A stretch of 64,000 nucleotides of DNA, taken from the human T2T-CHM13v2.0 reference genome, Homo sapiens. Shown here piece after piece: positions 35,647 through 48,099 of the stretch. Position 1 is the first letter of the stretch; each line of letters starts with the position of its first letter. Position numbers and translations under genes: made by a program. The stretch lies in NCBI RefSeq assembly GCF_009914755.1, contig NC_060927.1. One strand, 5' to 3'. The notes under the pieces were generated by a model that made no database searches, had not been told where the DNA came from, and worked only from the letters and a program-made list of their open reading frames with translations.

Positions 35647-38265
35647 GATCAACTCATAACACATCAGATCCTCAAAATTTAGTATCTGCTAATATCGTTT
35701 TAAATAAAAACAGTATATTTTCTCCTGCCTTGGAAGAATGTTTATGAAATCACTTTGAGATACCGATATTTTAGATTAACATTTCATTCATTCATTTGTT
35801 CATTCAATCATCTTACATTTAATTAGTCATCAGTTAGTCAGGATGCAATACATATGAAGCATGCATTGTGACAGATGCATTGTGTTAGGATCTGTGGGAA
35901 AAAAAAAATGGAAGTCAATCAGCTCCAGAGCCTCAATCTAGCAAAGTTTGCAAAATGAAGATATTAGAAATGAAGATGAAGAATTGGGCATTTCCTCTCA
36001 GGAGCAATCAGTGGTAGCCACTTAGAAGAAATGGGTACTAGAGATAGACGGTAGAATACAGATATTCCAGCCAAAGGAAAAGGTCCAAAGAAAAGTGAAA
36101 GGGCTATTTGTTACCAGTAGGTTATGTTTTGGAAGGCAGAAAAGAGGCAAATAGCAGCGTATTTTATATCTTACATAAAAGAAAAGTTATGATCAGAAAC
36201 AAATCCTTACAATCATGTTTCCATATAATTATCTATTAAGCATTAAATGAATTAAAAGCCTTCTCATTTTTTGTTGATGTTTCTTAAAATTAACTGCATT
36301 AGATGACTGGTAAAGTTGTCACTACTCAGGATCATACCCTACAAATAAGTTAGAATGTCTCAGTACAATCTGTCTGTTCTATTTTGGTGTTATGGAGAAA
36401 TCATTCATTATATCCTCAAGTCTATCCTCTTGAAAGACACACTTGGCCCAGTATAATGGCTCCTTAACACACTCCAGATTAACCCTGAAGAAATGCATTG
36501 GGTTTCCCCAAGACTCCTCTGTCTCATTGCTTACCCTAAATGAAGTATGAGGAATGTAAAGCAGCACGATGCCTCTTGATTCTCCCTTTGCTAATATGGC
36601 ATATAAGATCTCATAGCTCTGTGCCACAGTGTTAGAGGAAGAGCTTTGATATTCTAGGGTTCTCAAGACTATGCCAGCTCTTTGTGTTTTGTTGAATTGT
36701 TACTCAACTTCAAAAAGATAGTTTATGATATGATTATGAGTTAAATTATCATCACCATTGCCACCCTGTTTATCCTTTCATAGATATAAAAAAAAACATA
36801 AGTCATCCTTTCTATGAGAAGTCAAAGGAGCACAGGGAAAATGCAGCTCACTGGAGCCATTTGAACAATGACTGTAAAAATAACATCTGCTCCTTGTTTT
36901 CATGCTAAATATATTTTTTAATTCACTGCAGGGGACACCATTGGCAACTGTCAGTGTAATTTATCTAAGTCTTTAATACAGCACATTTTATGCAGGAACA
37001 GAAATATATTTGCTTTCTAAAGAGCATCAAGAGTAAATGTTAAGGGATTCTTTTTAATATTGTAGGATTATGAGCAGGTATTGAAGCAATCCATTGTGAA
37101 TGTGTAACTATCCATCATTGCCATCATTAAATGAAATTGCCTCTGCCATATAAAAAGGGGCTTATATGTATGTGAGGGATGTCTGTGGGTACGGATGTAT
37201 ATATGTACATATGGACATTAGTTGGTTGTAATACATAAGAAACATTAAAGACACTGCCTGATATAAAAGGAACCATTTAAAAATCTAAAATTCAACAAAT
37301 ACATGGGATATAAAGTTTGGATGTGAAAAAATGATTCATTTTATATCGAACTCATGCAAAATAAGTCTACTCACATTTTTCTTAGATCAGTGAAGTTTAC
37401 CAATAGAAGAGGGAGAGTTTTCAGAGATGTTTCTATTTCACTAGAATTTTAGGCTTTTTTTTAGCTTCTCAAGCCCCTCTATTCAACTATTTTTATGTGA
37501 TTTTTTTCAACACAAAATCTCCTAAAGGAAACCTTTCTCTTTACAGTGACATGAACATTAACGTCAAATCTAAATGACTCATTTTCTCTTGTTCTACAAT
37601 GTCTTTTTTACTTTTCACTGTCAACTAAACTCTACCTATCTTTTGTTATTCAGTTCATAAATCAAATGACTCATTCATTTCTTCATTGACGCAAACAATA
37701 TACATTAAGTAATTACTATATTCCAGGTGTTGAGACTTCAAGAACATAAACTTTTCTTGGCAGTTAAGCATAATAAAGAGAAATAACTATTAATAGTAAA
37801 AGTTAAGCTACAAAAGCATAAGGACGAAAGGCTGTCTGGAGAAGACAAATAGTGTGACAGAAATGACTGGAATGGGGCTTTCAAATTAGTTACATGAGGA
37901 TCAGAAACACATGTTTGTTGTTTTTAATTTGCGATCATATTTTTTTGTTAATTTCCCTGTTGTTAATCCTATACCTTTGAAAACTTTCATTGTTTTGATT
38001 AGTATTACACATAAATGTAGTTCTATAAAACATTAAAAGTTACAGGTAAGCAAAAAGAAAAATGGCAAAAATCAATCAAGGAAAGCCACTGTTAACACTT
38101 TGTAGAAGATATTATTTTCCATGCATGTACTTGTATATATGTACATACTTGGTTGTTTTACAGACACAATATCCTATTTTCCAAACTTTTTAAACCTGCA
38201 TTTTTTAATTTAACATTTTGTACCTAGTTTACAATATGATTAAGTAGTCTTTTATATCTGGTCAT

Positions 38266-40640
38266 TGTATTAGTCTGTTTTCATACTGCTATGAAGACAC
38301 TACCTGAGACTGGATAATTTATAAAGGAAAGAGATTTAATTGATTCACAGTTCTGCATGGCTGGGAAGGCTTCAGGAAACATACATTATGGCAGAAGGCA
38401 AAAGGGAAGCAAGGAATGTCTTACGTGGTGGCAGGAGAGAGGGAGTGAATGAAGGGGCAACTGCCAACACTTTTAAAACCATCAGCTCCTGTGAGAACTC
38501 ACTCACTATCATGAGAACAGAATGAGGGAAACATTCCTCATGATACAAGCACCTCCCACCAGGTCTGTCCCCTGACATGTGGGGATTACAACTCAAGATG
38601 AGATTTGGGTGGGGACATAGAGCCAAACCATATCGTGCCATCTTTGGCCCCTCCCAAATCTCACATCTTTCTCACAGTTCAAAACCAATCATGCCTTCCC
38701 AACAATCCCCCAAAGTTTTAACTCATTCCAGCATTAACTCAAAAGTCCAAGTCCAAAGTCTCATCTGAGACAAGACAACTCACTTCTTACGCCTATGAGC
38801 CTGTGAAATTAAAACAAGTTAGTTACCTCCAATATACAGTGGAGGTACAGGCATGCATAAATGTTTATATTCCAAGTGGGAGAAATTGGCCAAAATGAAG
38901 GGGCTACAGGCCCAGTGCAAGTCCAAACCAGAGCAAGGCAGTTATTAAATCTTAAAACCCCCAAATCTCTTTTGACTCCATGTCTCACATCTAGTGCACC
39001 CTGATGTAAGGGGTGGGCTCCCACAGGCTTGGGCAGCTCGGCCCTTGTGGCTGTGCAAGATACAGTACCAGCCATTGTTTTCACTAGCTGGCATTGAATG
39101 CCTGTGGCTTTTCCAGGTGTATGGTGCAAGCTGTTTATGGATCTACCTTTCTGGCATCTGGAGGGCAGTGGCCCTCTTCTCACAGCTCTACTAGGCAGTG
39201 CCCCTGGTGGGGACTCTCTGTGGAGTCTCCAACCCTAACATTTCTCTTCCTCACTGCCTTAGCGGAGGTTCTCCATGAGGGCTCTCCACCCCTGAAGCAG
39301 ACATCTGCCTGGACATCCAGGCATTTCCCTGCATCCTCTGAAATCTAGGTACAGGTCCCCAAACCTCAATTATTGCCTTCTGCAAACCTGCAGGTCCAAC
39401 ACCATGTGGAAGCCACCATGATTTGGGACTTTCACCCTTTGAAGCAACGGTCAGAGCTATACCTTGGCCCATTTTAGCCATGGCTGGAGCTAAGCAACTG
39501 GGATGCAAGGCACTAAATCCCCAAAGCTGTGCAGAGCAGTGGGGCCCTGGGCCTAGTTCACAAAACCATTTTTCTTCCTAGGCCTCAGGGCCTATGATGG
39601 GAGGGAGTGCTGTAAAGGTCTCTGACATGCCCTGGAGACATTTTCCCCATTATCTTGGCTATTAACATTCAGTTCCTCACTACTTATGCAAATTTCTGCA
39701 ACCAGCTTGAATTTCTCCCAAGAAAATGAGTTTTTCTTTTCTACCACATGTTCAGGCTGCAAATTTTCCAGACCATTATGCTCTGCTTCCCTTTTCAACC
39801 ATAAGTTGCAATTTCAAACCATCTCTTTGTTAATGCATATAACTGAACACTTTCAGAATTAGCCAGGTCACCTCTTGAATGCTTTGCTGCTTAGAAATTT
39901 CTTCAGCCAGATACCCTAAATCATCTCTCCTCTCTCAAGTTCAAAGTTCCATAGATCTCTAGGGCAGAGGCAAAATGCCACCAGTCACTTTGATAAAGCA
40001 TAGCATGAGTTACCTTTACTTCAGTTCGCAATATGTTCCTCATCTCCATCTGAGACCACCTGAGCCTGGATTTCACTGTGCATATCACTATCAGCACGTT
40101 GGTCAAAACCATTCAACAAGTCTCTAGGAAGTTCCAAACTTTCTCACATCTTCCTGTCTTCTTCTGAGCTCTCCAAACTCTTTGAATCTCTGCCTGTTAC
40201 CCACTTCCACAGTTGCTTAAATATTTTCAGATTATCTTTATAGCAGTACCCCACTCTGCTAGTACCAATTCTCTGTGTTAGTCCATTTTCACACTGCTAT
40301 AAAGATACTACCTGAGACTGGGTAATTTGCAAAGGAAAGAGGTTTAATTGACTCACAGTGTCCCATGGCTGGGGAAGCCTCAAGAAACTTACAGTCATGA
40401 CGGAAGGTGAAGGGGAAGCAAGGCACGTCTTACATGGTGGAAGCAGAGAGAGAGCAAGCAAAGGGTGAACCATCAAACACTTTTAAAACCATCAGCTCTT
40501 AACAGAACTCACTCAATATCACAAGAAAAGGGGAAACCATTCCCATGATCCAATGACCTCCTACCTGGTCCCTCCCCTGACGCATGGGGATTACAATTTG
40601 AGATGAGATTTGGGTGGGGATGCAGAGTCAAACCATATTA
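38266..40640 (-). mobile_element. Full-length THE1D-type MaLR (LTR 38266-38635, internal 38636-40273, LTR 40274-40640)
   Basis: Two ~370-bp LTRs 'tgtattagtctgttttcatactgctatg...ccaaaccatatc'; MaLR-int between them; TSD gtcat/gccat. Confidence 0.92.
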
Positions 40641-41119
40641 GCCATGTTACCTTTTGAGAAATTGATATTTTAAAGTAGTGTGTCCCATTCCCCTTTAAAA
40701 ATAATATACAACACATAAATATTTATGCACAAATAATGTATAGCTTAAAGAGGTATAATCCCTAATAATATCAATTCTTGAATTCCTACATAAAACCCAT
40801 GATTGCCCAATACCATTCTTAGTGATTGCTCAATATTCTGTGGACACACACACATATGTATATACGTTCATACACACATATGGTACTTGACTTTTATGAG
40901 GCCACATATTTGTATACTTAATATATGGATATAACATATTTATACATATTTATGGTGAATAGAAACCCTCAAATAACACTGAAACTGGATTAAATGCACC
41001 TCCCTTTTCAACTCAGTTGCTAAGAATCTCAGAGCCATATTGAATGGCCTCAAATTGCAACTTTACGGTGTTAGAATCTCACAAGTCCACTCTTTTCACT
41101 ACCTTTAAACAGAAGATAT

Positions 41120-41260
41120 TACCTTAGGTTCACATGGATGGGTTTCATAAAGTTGGTGAAATCCCTGAAATTCTACGTATATACATTCTCAAAAAAGGTC
41201 TAAAACTTTAATAAGATTCTCAAAGGGGTATATAACTACCCATCATTAAGAAATAGAAAT
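41120..41260. mobile_element. MER103C-like hAT-Charlie fragment
   Basis: 'catggatgggtttca...cctgaaatt...agattctcaaaggggt' pattern. Confidence 0.5.
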
Positions 41261-41264
41261 TTAG

Positions 41265-41423
41265 AGCGAGGTACAGTGGTGCACACCTGTAGTCCCAGCT
41301 ACTTGGGAGGCTGAAGTAGGAGGATCACTTGAGCCCAGGGGTTCAAGGCTTTAGTGCACTACAGCCAAACCTATGAATAGCCATTACACTCTAGTCTGAG
41401 CAACATAGCAAGACCCCATCTCA

Positions 41424-41462
<39 letters not shown>
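41265..41462 (+). mobile_element. FAM (fossil Alu monomer) with (TAA)n tail
   Basis: Monomer retaining the 7SL-like 'tatgaatagccattacactctagtctgagcaacatagc' segment diagnostic of FAM. Confidence 0.8.
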
Positions 41463-43498
41463 GAGCTTTAGTTGGTCTCTGTTCTGGCTGCATTGCTAAT
41501 TGCTTTATTTTACATTATCTTCAATTTTGAAACCCAACATAAATATATCAGAGAAGAAATAAAAGTCACATTTTAAATAAATTAGTTAAATGTTTAGAGT
41601 AAACTGTCATATTACAAACTTTTTTTTCTTTTCTATATCACACATTATTTCCATTTGAAATGGTAACTAAAATTTCAGATCTCCATAATTTCTTACCAGT
41701 ATCAAGCCACTGATATTTAAATATTGGCATGTTTGTTACACTATCTCTAGATTCTTTCCACCCATAATTGCATGGAAAATCCTGTGTAGTTTATTCAGTA
41801 TTAATGGAAATGAGGAGCTGCTGAAATAATTGTAATGCTCAGCATTCACTTAACTATACTCAATAATTTTAAAATTAGACTTAATTGGCTGGGATCCAGT
41901 AGCACTTATTAAAGAAGCTGATTATGCTTATGATCTGTAATATGTTTTCAATTTAATTATTTATTTATTTAATGGTTGACATGATTTTATCAAGGAATAT
42001 GGTCTCAGTTCAATAGGTTTCTAGAAATAACAGAGTGAGGTTATAATGCTCTTCTGCAATCTCAAACTCTCCTTTGTATACCTAATTGCCTGTTTTCTAT
42101 ACTCTGGTCACTAAAGTAGTTTCGATCATAGTGTTTCTGTCTCTGGTGTTTTGTCCCTACTATTCTTTGCTAAAAATTGTTTTTGTTTTCAAAATAGGAC
42201 AGCATCAGGTATTTATGTCTTTATTTATTTGAGCTTAGACCAAAATATCTGCTGTTGTACCACAGTAGTCCCTGTTTCTCTATCTTCATTTTTCCATTGA
42301 GTTTACTCTTTTTGACATTCAGAGAGAAAAAGCTTTAGCATAGTTATGTAATGAGAAAAATATTTCCAGATAAAGTTTAAAGTCTATATTGAGATTTCCA
42401 GGCACTAAAACCTTCCCCTACTACCTTCCCATTTCTCATTCTACATGACAAATTCTTAGAAATACAGTTAAAAAAAATTTCAGATATTTGCAGTGGTTTC
42501 AACAAACCCCACATTGGGTAAATAAGTTTAAGAAAGAAAAAAAAAAGATAAAGATAGGATTAAGAAAGCTCAAACTAATGGCTTCCTTAAACTAAAACCA
42601 TATGTCTCAATAAGAAATATTGGTCATATACACAGATAGCCCTCAATTAAGAGGCATTGAAGGCATGCAATCAGCAAAATAGAGCTAGACTGGTCAGAGA
42701 GATGGTAGAAGTTAGAGGAGGATGAAAAGAGAGAACAAAATGAGACAACATATAGCAGAGATGCTATATGGTATGAAGAGCAATAAAAAAAGATAAGCAG
42801 CAGGGACAGGGAAGAGAACCATTTGAGATGCACAAGAATACAATACCAGGAAATAATCTGCTGATGGCAGAAAGAGAATCTAGGTCAAGGCCTTATATTG
42901 ACACTTATAATTGTACTTGATACTTGTGCTTGAGTATTCTTTAGGCATTTTTTTACTTGTGGTGCAAAGTACCAGAGCTTGCATGAATCAGCCTTAGCTC
43001 TGCTGATCTTATTTTATATTGCTTAGGTTAGAGCCCCAGAGCAAGAAGGTTTTTCTTTTTCAAATATTGTACCTACTGAAAATCAAGAAGTGTGAAATAC
43101 TAAACGAATGACTCTAACTTCCAGCTCCGTTATCAGAAATGAAGGTTCCATCGACACGGGTTCACTGGGGGAGCTGAGGATAATCCATGCTCTCTAACTT
43201 CACATTTAGTCTGTTAAAGTTCTTTGGGTAAAATTAGACACACATACTTTTTTCTTCGGTCCTAGTTTGTTTTGTTTTAATCAGCATAATGCCCAAAGGA
43301 AAAAAATGTGAAAAATGACAAAATTAGAGATAATGGGGATACCTAAAATAAAACAGGTTTCTTTGTAATGAAAACTTTTAGAAAATATTGTTTTATGTGT
43401 CAGTAAGATACAATTTTCAATGTAATGGATAGCTCTGTAGAAACTAGAAATTACCAAAATTTCCAAAACAAAAAATTTAAAATTTGAATAAAACCCAA

Positions 43499-43868
43499 TG
43501 TTAAAAGAAAATCTTTAGATAAGTTAAATTTAGCAAAGTTTATTTGAGCAAAGAAGTGATTCATGAAATGGCCAGCCACCCAGAACCAGTAAAAGTTCAG
43601 ACAACTCCACCCAGCAATGTAGGTAGGTAGTATTTTAAGACAAAAAAGAAAAGTGACATACCATAATAGCCTGATTGGTTGCAGCTCTACCTTTGCCTTA
43701 TTTAGACACATATGAGAAGTTTGCAGCCTGTGGTTGGCTGAATTTCAACTACTGTGATTGGCCAACAAGAACACTTAAAACCTCAAGCTAAGTTGCAGTT
43801 TGTTCACATATTGTTATTTTATAGTTTGCTATGTAAAGAGGCTGTTTTAGACCTAATTTAATTTAATG
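43499..43868 (-). mobile_element. MER93/MER57-family ERV1 LTR
   Basis: 'tgttaaaagaaaatcttt...gtttatttgagcaaagaa...ctgtgattggcc...gttgcagtttgtt...aatttaatttaa'. Confidence 0.7.
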
Positions 43869-44214
43869 CCAGTAACAAGGAAGGAAATTGAGAAAATCAT
43901 TGAAGGATTATTCTATAAAACTTGTTCTGTGTTTAGATGGTTTTATCCATAAATGCTCCCAAATAATGAGTTTTCAAGATGAATGAATTTTCAAATATTC
44001 AAAATATTTTGAATTTGAAAATATTCAAAAATTCAAATAATGAATTTTCAAATATGAGCTTTCAAGAACATAGAAATAGCTCAAAACCTATTCTATTCTG
44101 CTCATATAGCATACACAATAGATTATAAGAACTAACAGTTGTAGCACAGAAAAGTAAGTTACAGACAGGATAATTTTAGGCACAAAATGTGAAACTCAAA
44201 CAAAAATTAGAAAA

Positions 44215-44375
44215 CATCAATGGGTATGAAGTTTCAGTTATACAAGATAAGTGGGATATAGAAATCTGCTGTATAACGTTGTACCTAGAGTTAACAATAC
44301 TATACAGTCTACTTAAACATTTGTTGAAAGTAAAGCTCATGTTAAGCATTCTTACCACAATAGAAAAAAAGAAGA
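44215..44375 (+). mobile_element. L1MB3-like 3' end
   Basis: 'gggtatgaagtttcagttatacaagat...ctcatgttaagcattcttaccacaatagaaaaaaa'. Confidence 0.7.
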
Positions 44376-44912
44376 AAGCAGCATTCAATAGTGCATTTTA
44401 AAAGTCACTATTATCATGCAGCTTTTATGTGATGAATAAAAGTGTAAAGAAAATGTTAGGAAATTTAATACTATAACTCATCACATCAAATAGTAATACA
44501 AATATATTAATAACAACAAAAATAATGTGAACAGTTGAAAGACATCAAGGAATCATTTAACCAATTTTAATATTATTGCTGAAAAAATAATGTTAATTAG
44601 AACTTGAAGGAAACATCTGTTATTATTAACTTTTTTGCTACCCATTAATTTGTGATACCTTCTTTATTACTTATTATTACATATCAGAGATTATATTTTG
44701 GTGATATAGACTTTTTTACTCATTAATTTGTCCTTTCTTAAATAAGATATTGTTATAGATGCATATAGTATACATATTTGGGAAAGGTGTTTATTTTTTA
44801 GGCATTTCATATAATTGGAAGTATAATTTTTATTATAATGATTTAGGAAAAATATCCTAAGTTTTTTATTTGCTTCTTTCTTAAAACAATATCTTTTGGA
44901 GAGTTTGGTGTA

Positions 44913-44915
<3 letters not shown>

Positions 44916-44957
<42 letters not shown>
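44916..44957. repeat. (GT)n microsatellite
   Basis: Directly visible. Confidence 0.95.
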
Positions 44958-44959
<2 letters not shown>

Positions 44960-45280
44960 AACATTGAATAAAAGTATGTATTTAAAAATTCTTAAACTTA
45001 ATTTTAGAGTACTAAATATTTCTTTCTAGGAATATAGTATTGCATAGTATTAAAACTATTTTTAGACCTTAAAATGGTTTGGTATTTGATTTTCTATTAG
45101 TTATACTTTTTTATTTCTAGATATTTTAAATGTTTTTCCTATTAGTGGCATTTCTTTGGCATAGCATTTTAAAAAATTGGAATAAAATTTTCTACTGAAT
45201 AGGTTTTAAATATCCATATTTTGTCTGGCCCTTTTACATTCTACTTTGCTTTTAATTCACATTAAAAAATATTATGATTT

Positions 45281-47567
45281 GGCTCCCTCTCCCTCTCCCT
45301 CTCCCTCTCTCTCCACGGTCTCCCTCTCCCTCTCTCTCCACGGTCTCCCTCTCCCTCTCCCTCTCTCTCCACGGTCTCTCCCTCTCCCTCTCCCTCTCTC
45401 TCCACGGTCTCCCTCTCCCTCTCCCTCTCTCTCCACGGTCTCCCTCTCCCTCTCTCTCCACGGTCTCCCTCTCCCTCTCCCTCCACGGTCTCCCTCTCCC
45501 TCTCCCTCCACGGTCTCCCTCTCCCTCTCCCTCTCCCTCCACGGTCTCCCTCTCCCTCTCCCTCTCTCTCCAGAGTCTCCCTCTCCCTCTCCCTCTCTCT
45601 CCACGGTCTCCCTCTCCCTCTCCCTCCACGGTCTCCCTCTCCCTCTCCCTCTCTCTCCACGGTCTCCCTCTCCCTCTCCCTCTCTCTCCACGGTCTCCCT
45701 CTCCCTCTCCCTCCACGGTCTCCCTCTCCCTCTCCCTCTCCCTCCACGGTCTCCCTCTCCCTCTCCCTCCACGGTCTCCCTCTCCCTCTCCCTCTCCCTC
45801 TCTCTCCACGGTCTCCCTCTCCCTCTCCCTCTCTCTCCACGGTCTCCCTCTCCCTCTCCCTCTCTCTCCACGGTCTCCCTCTCCCTCTCCCTCTCTCTCC
45901 ACGGTCTCCCTCTCCCTCTCCCTCTCTCTCCACGGTCTCCCTCTCCCTCTCCCTCTCTCTCCACGGTCTCCCTCTCCCTCTCCCTCTCTCTCCACGGTCT
46001 CCCTCTGATGCCAAGCCAAGGCTGGACTGTACTGCCGCCATCTCGGCTCACTGCAACCTCCCTGCCTGATTCTCCTGCCTCAGCCTGCCGAGTGCCTGGG
46101 ATTGCAGGCGTGCGCCGCCACGCCTGACTGGTTTTTGTATTTTTTGGTGGAGACGGGGTTTGGCCATGTTGGCCGGGCTGGTCTCCAGCTCCTGACCGCT
46201 AGTGATCTGCCCGCCTCGGCCTCCTGAGGTGCCGGGATTGCAGACGGAGTTTCGCTCACTCAGTGCTCAATGTTGCCCACGCTGGAGTGCTGTGGTGTAA
46301 TCTCTGCTCGCTACAACCTCCACCTCCCAGCCGCCTGCCTTGGCCTCCCAAAGTGCCAAGATTGCAGCCTCTGCCTGGCCGCCACCCCGTCTGGGAAGTG
46401 AGGAGCGTCTCTGCCTGGCCGCCCATTGTCTGTGATGTGAGGAGCCCCTCTGCCCAGCTGCCCAGTCTGGGAGGTGAGGAGCACCTCTTCCCGGCCGCCA
46501 TCCCGTCTGGGAAGTGAGGAGCATCTCTGCCCGACCGCCCATCGACTGAGATGTGGGGAGCGCCTCTGCCCCGCTGCCCCATCTGGGATGTGAGGAGCGC
46601 CTCTGCCCGGCCGCGACCCCGTCTGGGAACTGAGGAGTGTCTCTGCCTGACTGCCACCCCGTCTGGGAGGTGAGGAGCGTCTCTGCCCAGCCGCCCCATC
46701 TGAGAAGGGAGGAGCCCCTCCGCCTGGCAGCCACCCTGTCTGGGTAGTGAGGAGCCCCTCCGCCTGGCAGCTGCCCCATCTGGGAAGTGAGGAGCGTCTT
46801 CGCCCGGCAGCCACCCCGTCCAGGAGGTGGGGGGCAGCCTCCGCCCGGCCAGCCACCCCGTCCGAGAGGTGCAGGGCAGCCCCCGCCAGCCAGCCGCCCC
46901 ATCCGGGAGGGAGGTGGGGGGCAGCCCCCGCCCGGCCGCCACCCCATCTGGTAGGTAGGGGGGGGGCGCCTCTGCCCAGCCGCCCCGTCTGGGAAGTGAG
47001 GAGCCCCTCTGCCCGGCCGCCAACCCGTCTAGGAGGTATACCCAACAGCTCATTGAGAACGGGCCATGATGATGATGGCGGTTTTGTCGAATAGAAAAGG
47101 GGGAAATGTGGGGAAAAGAAAGAGAAATCAGATTGTTACTGTGTCTGTGTAGAAAGAAGTAGACATAGGAGACTCCATTTTGTTCTGTACTAAGAAAAAT
47201 TCTGCCTTGGGATGCTGTTAATCTATAACCTTACCCCCAACCCCCTGCTCTCTGAAACTTGTGCTGTGTCCACTCAGGGTTAAATGGATTAAGGGTGGTG
47301 CAAGATGTGCTTTGTTAAACAGATGCTTAAAGGCAGCATGCTCGTTGAGAGTCATCACCACTCCCTAATCTCAAGTACCCAGGGACACAAAAACTGTGGA
47401 AAGCTGCAGGGTCCTCTGCCTAGGAAAACCGGAGACCCTTGTTCACATGTTTATTTGCTGACCTTCCCTCCACTATTGTCCTATGACCCTGCCAAATCCC
47501 CCTCTCCAAGAAACACCCAAGAATGATCAATAAATACTAAAAAAAAATAAAAATAAAAATAAAAAAA
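45281..47567 (+). mobile_element. Full-length SVA retrotransposon (SVA_B-like)
   Basis: Hexamer region, Alu-like domain (46007-~46370), GC-rich VNTR (~46370-47030), SINE-R (~47035-47535), AATAAA and A tail; TSD 'taaaaaatattatgattt' at 45263-45280 and 47568-47585. 'ggctggactgtactgccgcc', 'gcctgggattgc' and 'tcaataaatact' fit the older B-type consensus. Confidence 0.96.
45283..46006 (+). repeat. Compound minisatellite [(CCCTCT)2-4 + (CT)0-2 + CCACGGTCT] x ~24 at the SVA 5' end
   Basis: I count 23 CCACGGTCT units plus one CCAGAGTCT variant; unit lengths about 25-37 bp. Confidence 0.95.
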
Positions 47568-48099
47568 TAAAAAATATTATGATTTATTATTTATTTCATT
47601 TTTTAAATCATCCACTAATCTGGAGTTTTTTGGTGTATAGTGAGAGAGCTAAACTGATTTTCTAAAAGTCTAATTTGTTATCAGTTATCCCGCTATTTAT
47701 AGATAAAAATATATATAACATATATATAATATACTACTTACATATATATTGATGCAAACTGAAAAGTAAATATAACAAAACAGAATGGATGACTGTCTTA
47801 ATCAAAAAAGTATTAACATGAAATAACCACAGTTCATAAATAAAACATTTCAAATATACAATACAAAAGGAGAATGACTAAATTACTGTAGCTAGACTAG
47901 ACAGGAGAGAGCTGCCAACAAAGGCAGGGTAGTCAGAGAGAGCATCAGTGAGGTCAGCTGCTCAGGTTTGCCAGTCATTGAACAAGAGACTGATGATCAA
48001 AGAAGAATACAGTTTATCAATTTATTAAACAAATAAGACTAGTGAAATAATCAGAAATATATAAATGGCTATATTTTACATTAAAAGTGATCCAAAATA

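Noticed and set aside
38341-40112. ORF cluster (60-124 aa)
   Set aside because: Fragments of THE1 LTR and internal sequence; no intact MaLR ORF.
45283-46006. CRISPR-like array of regularly spaced CCACGGTCT
   Set aside because: The 'spacers' are CCCTCT hexamers and not unique sequences; the context is primate and there are no cas genes.
45246-46127. Five overlapping 244-293 aa ORFs (Arg/Glu/Gly- or Ser/Pro/Leu-rich)
   Set aside because: They are translations of the stop-free SVA minisatellite in several frames on both strands; no evidence of coding.
46256-47094. Long GC-rich ORFs (226-265 aa)
   Set aside because: SVA VNTR translations, a familiar artefact.
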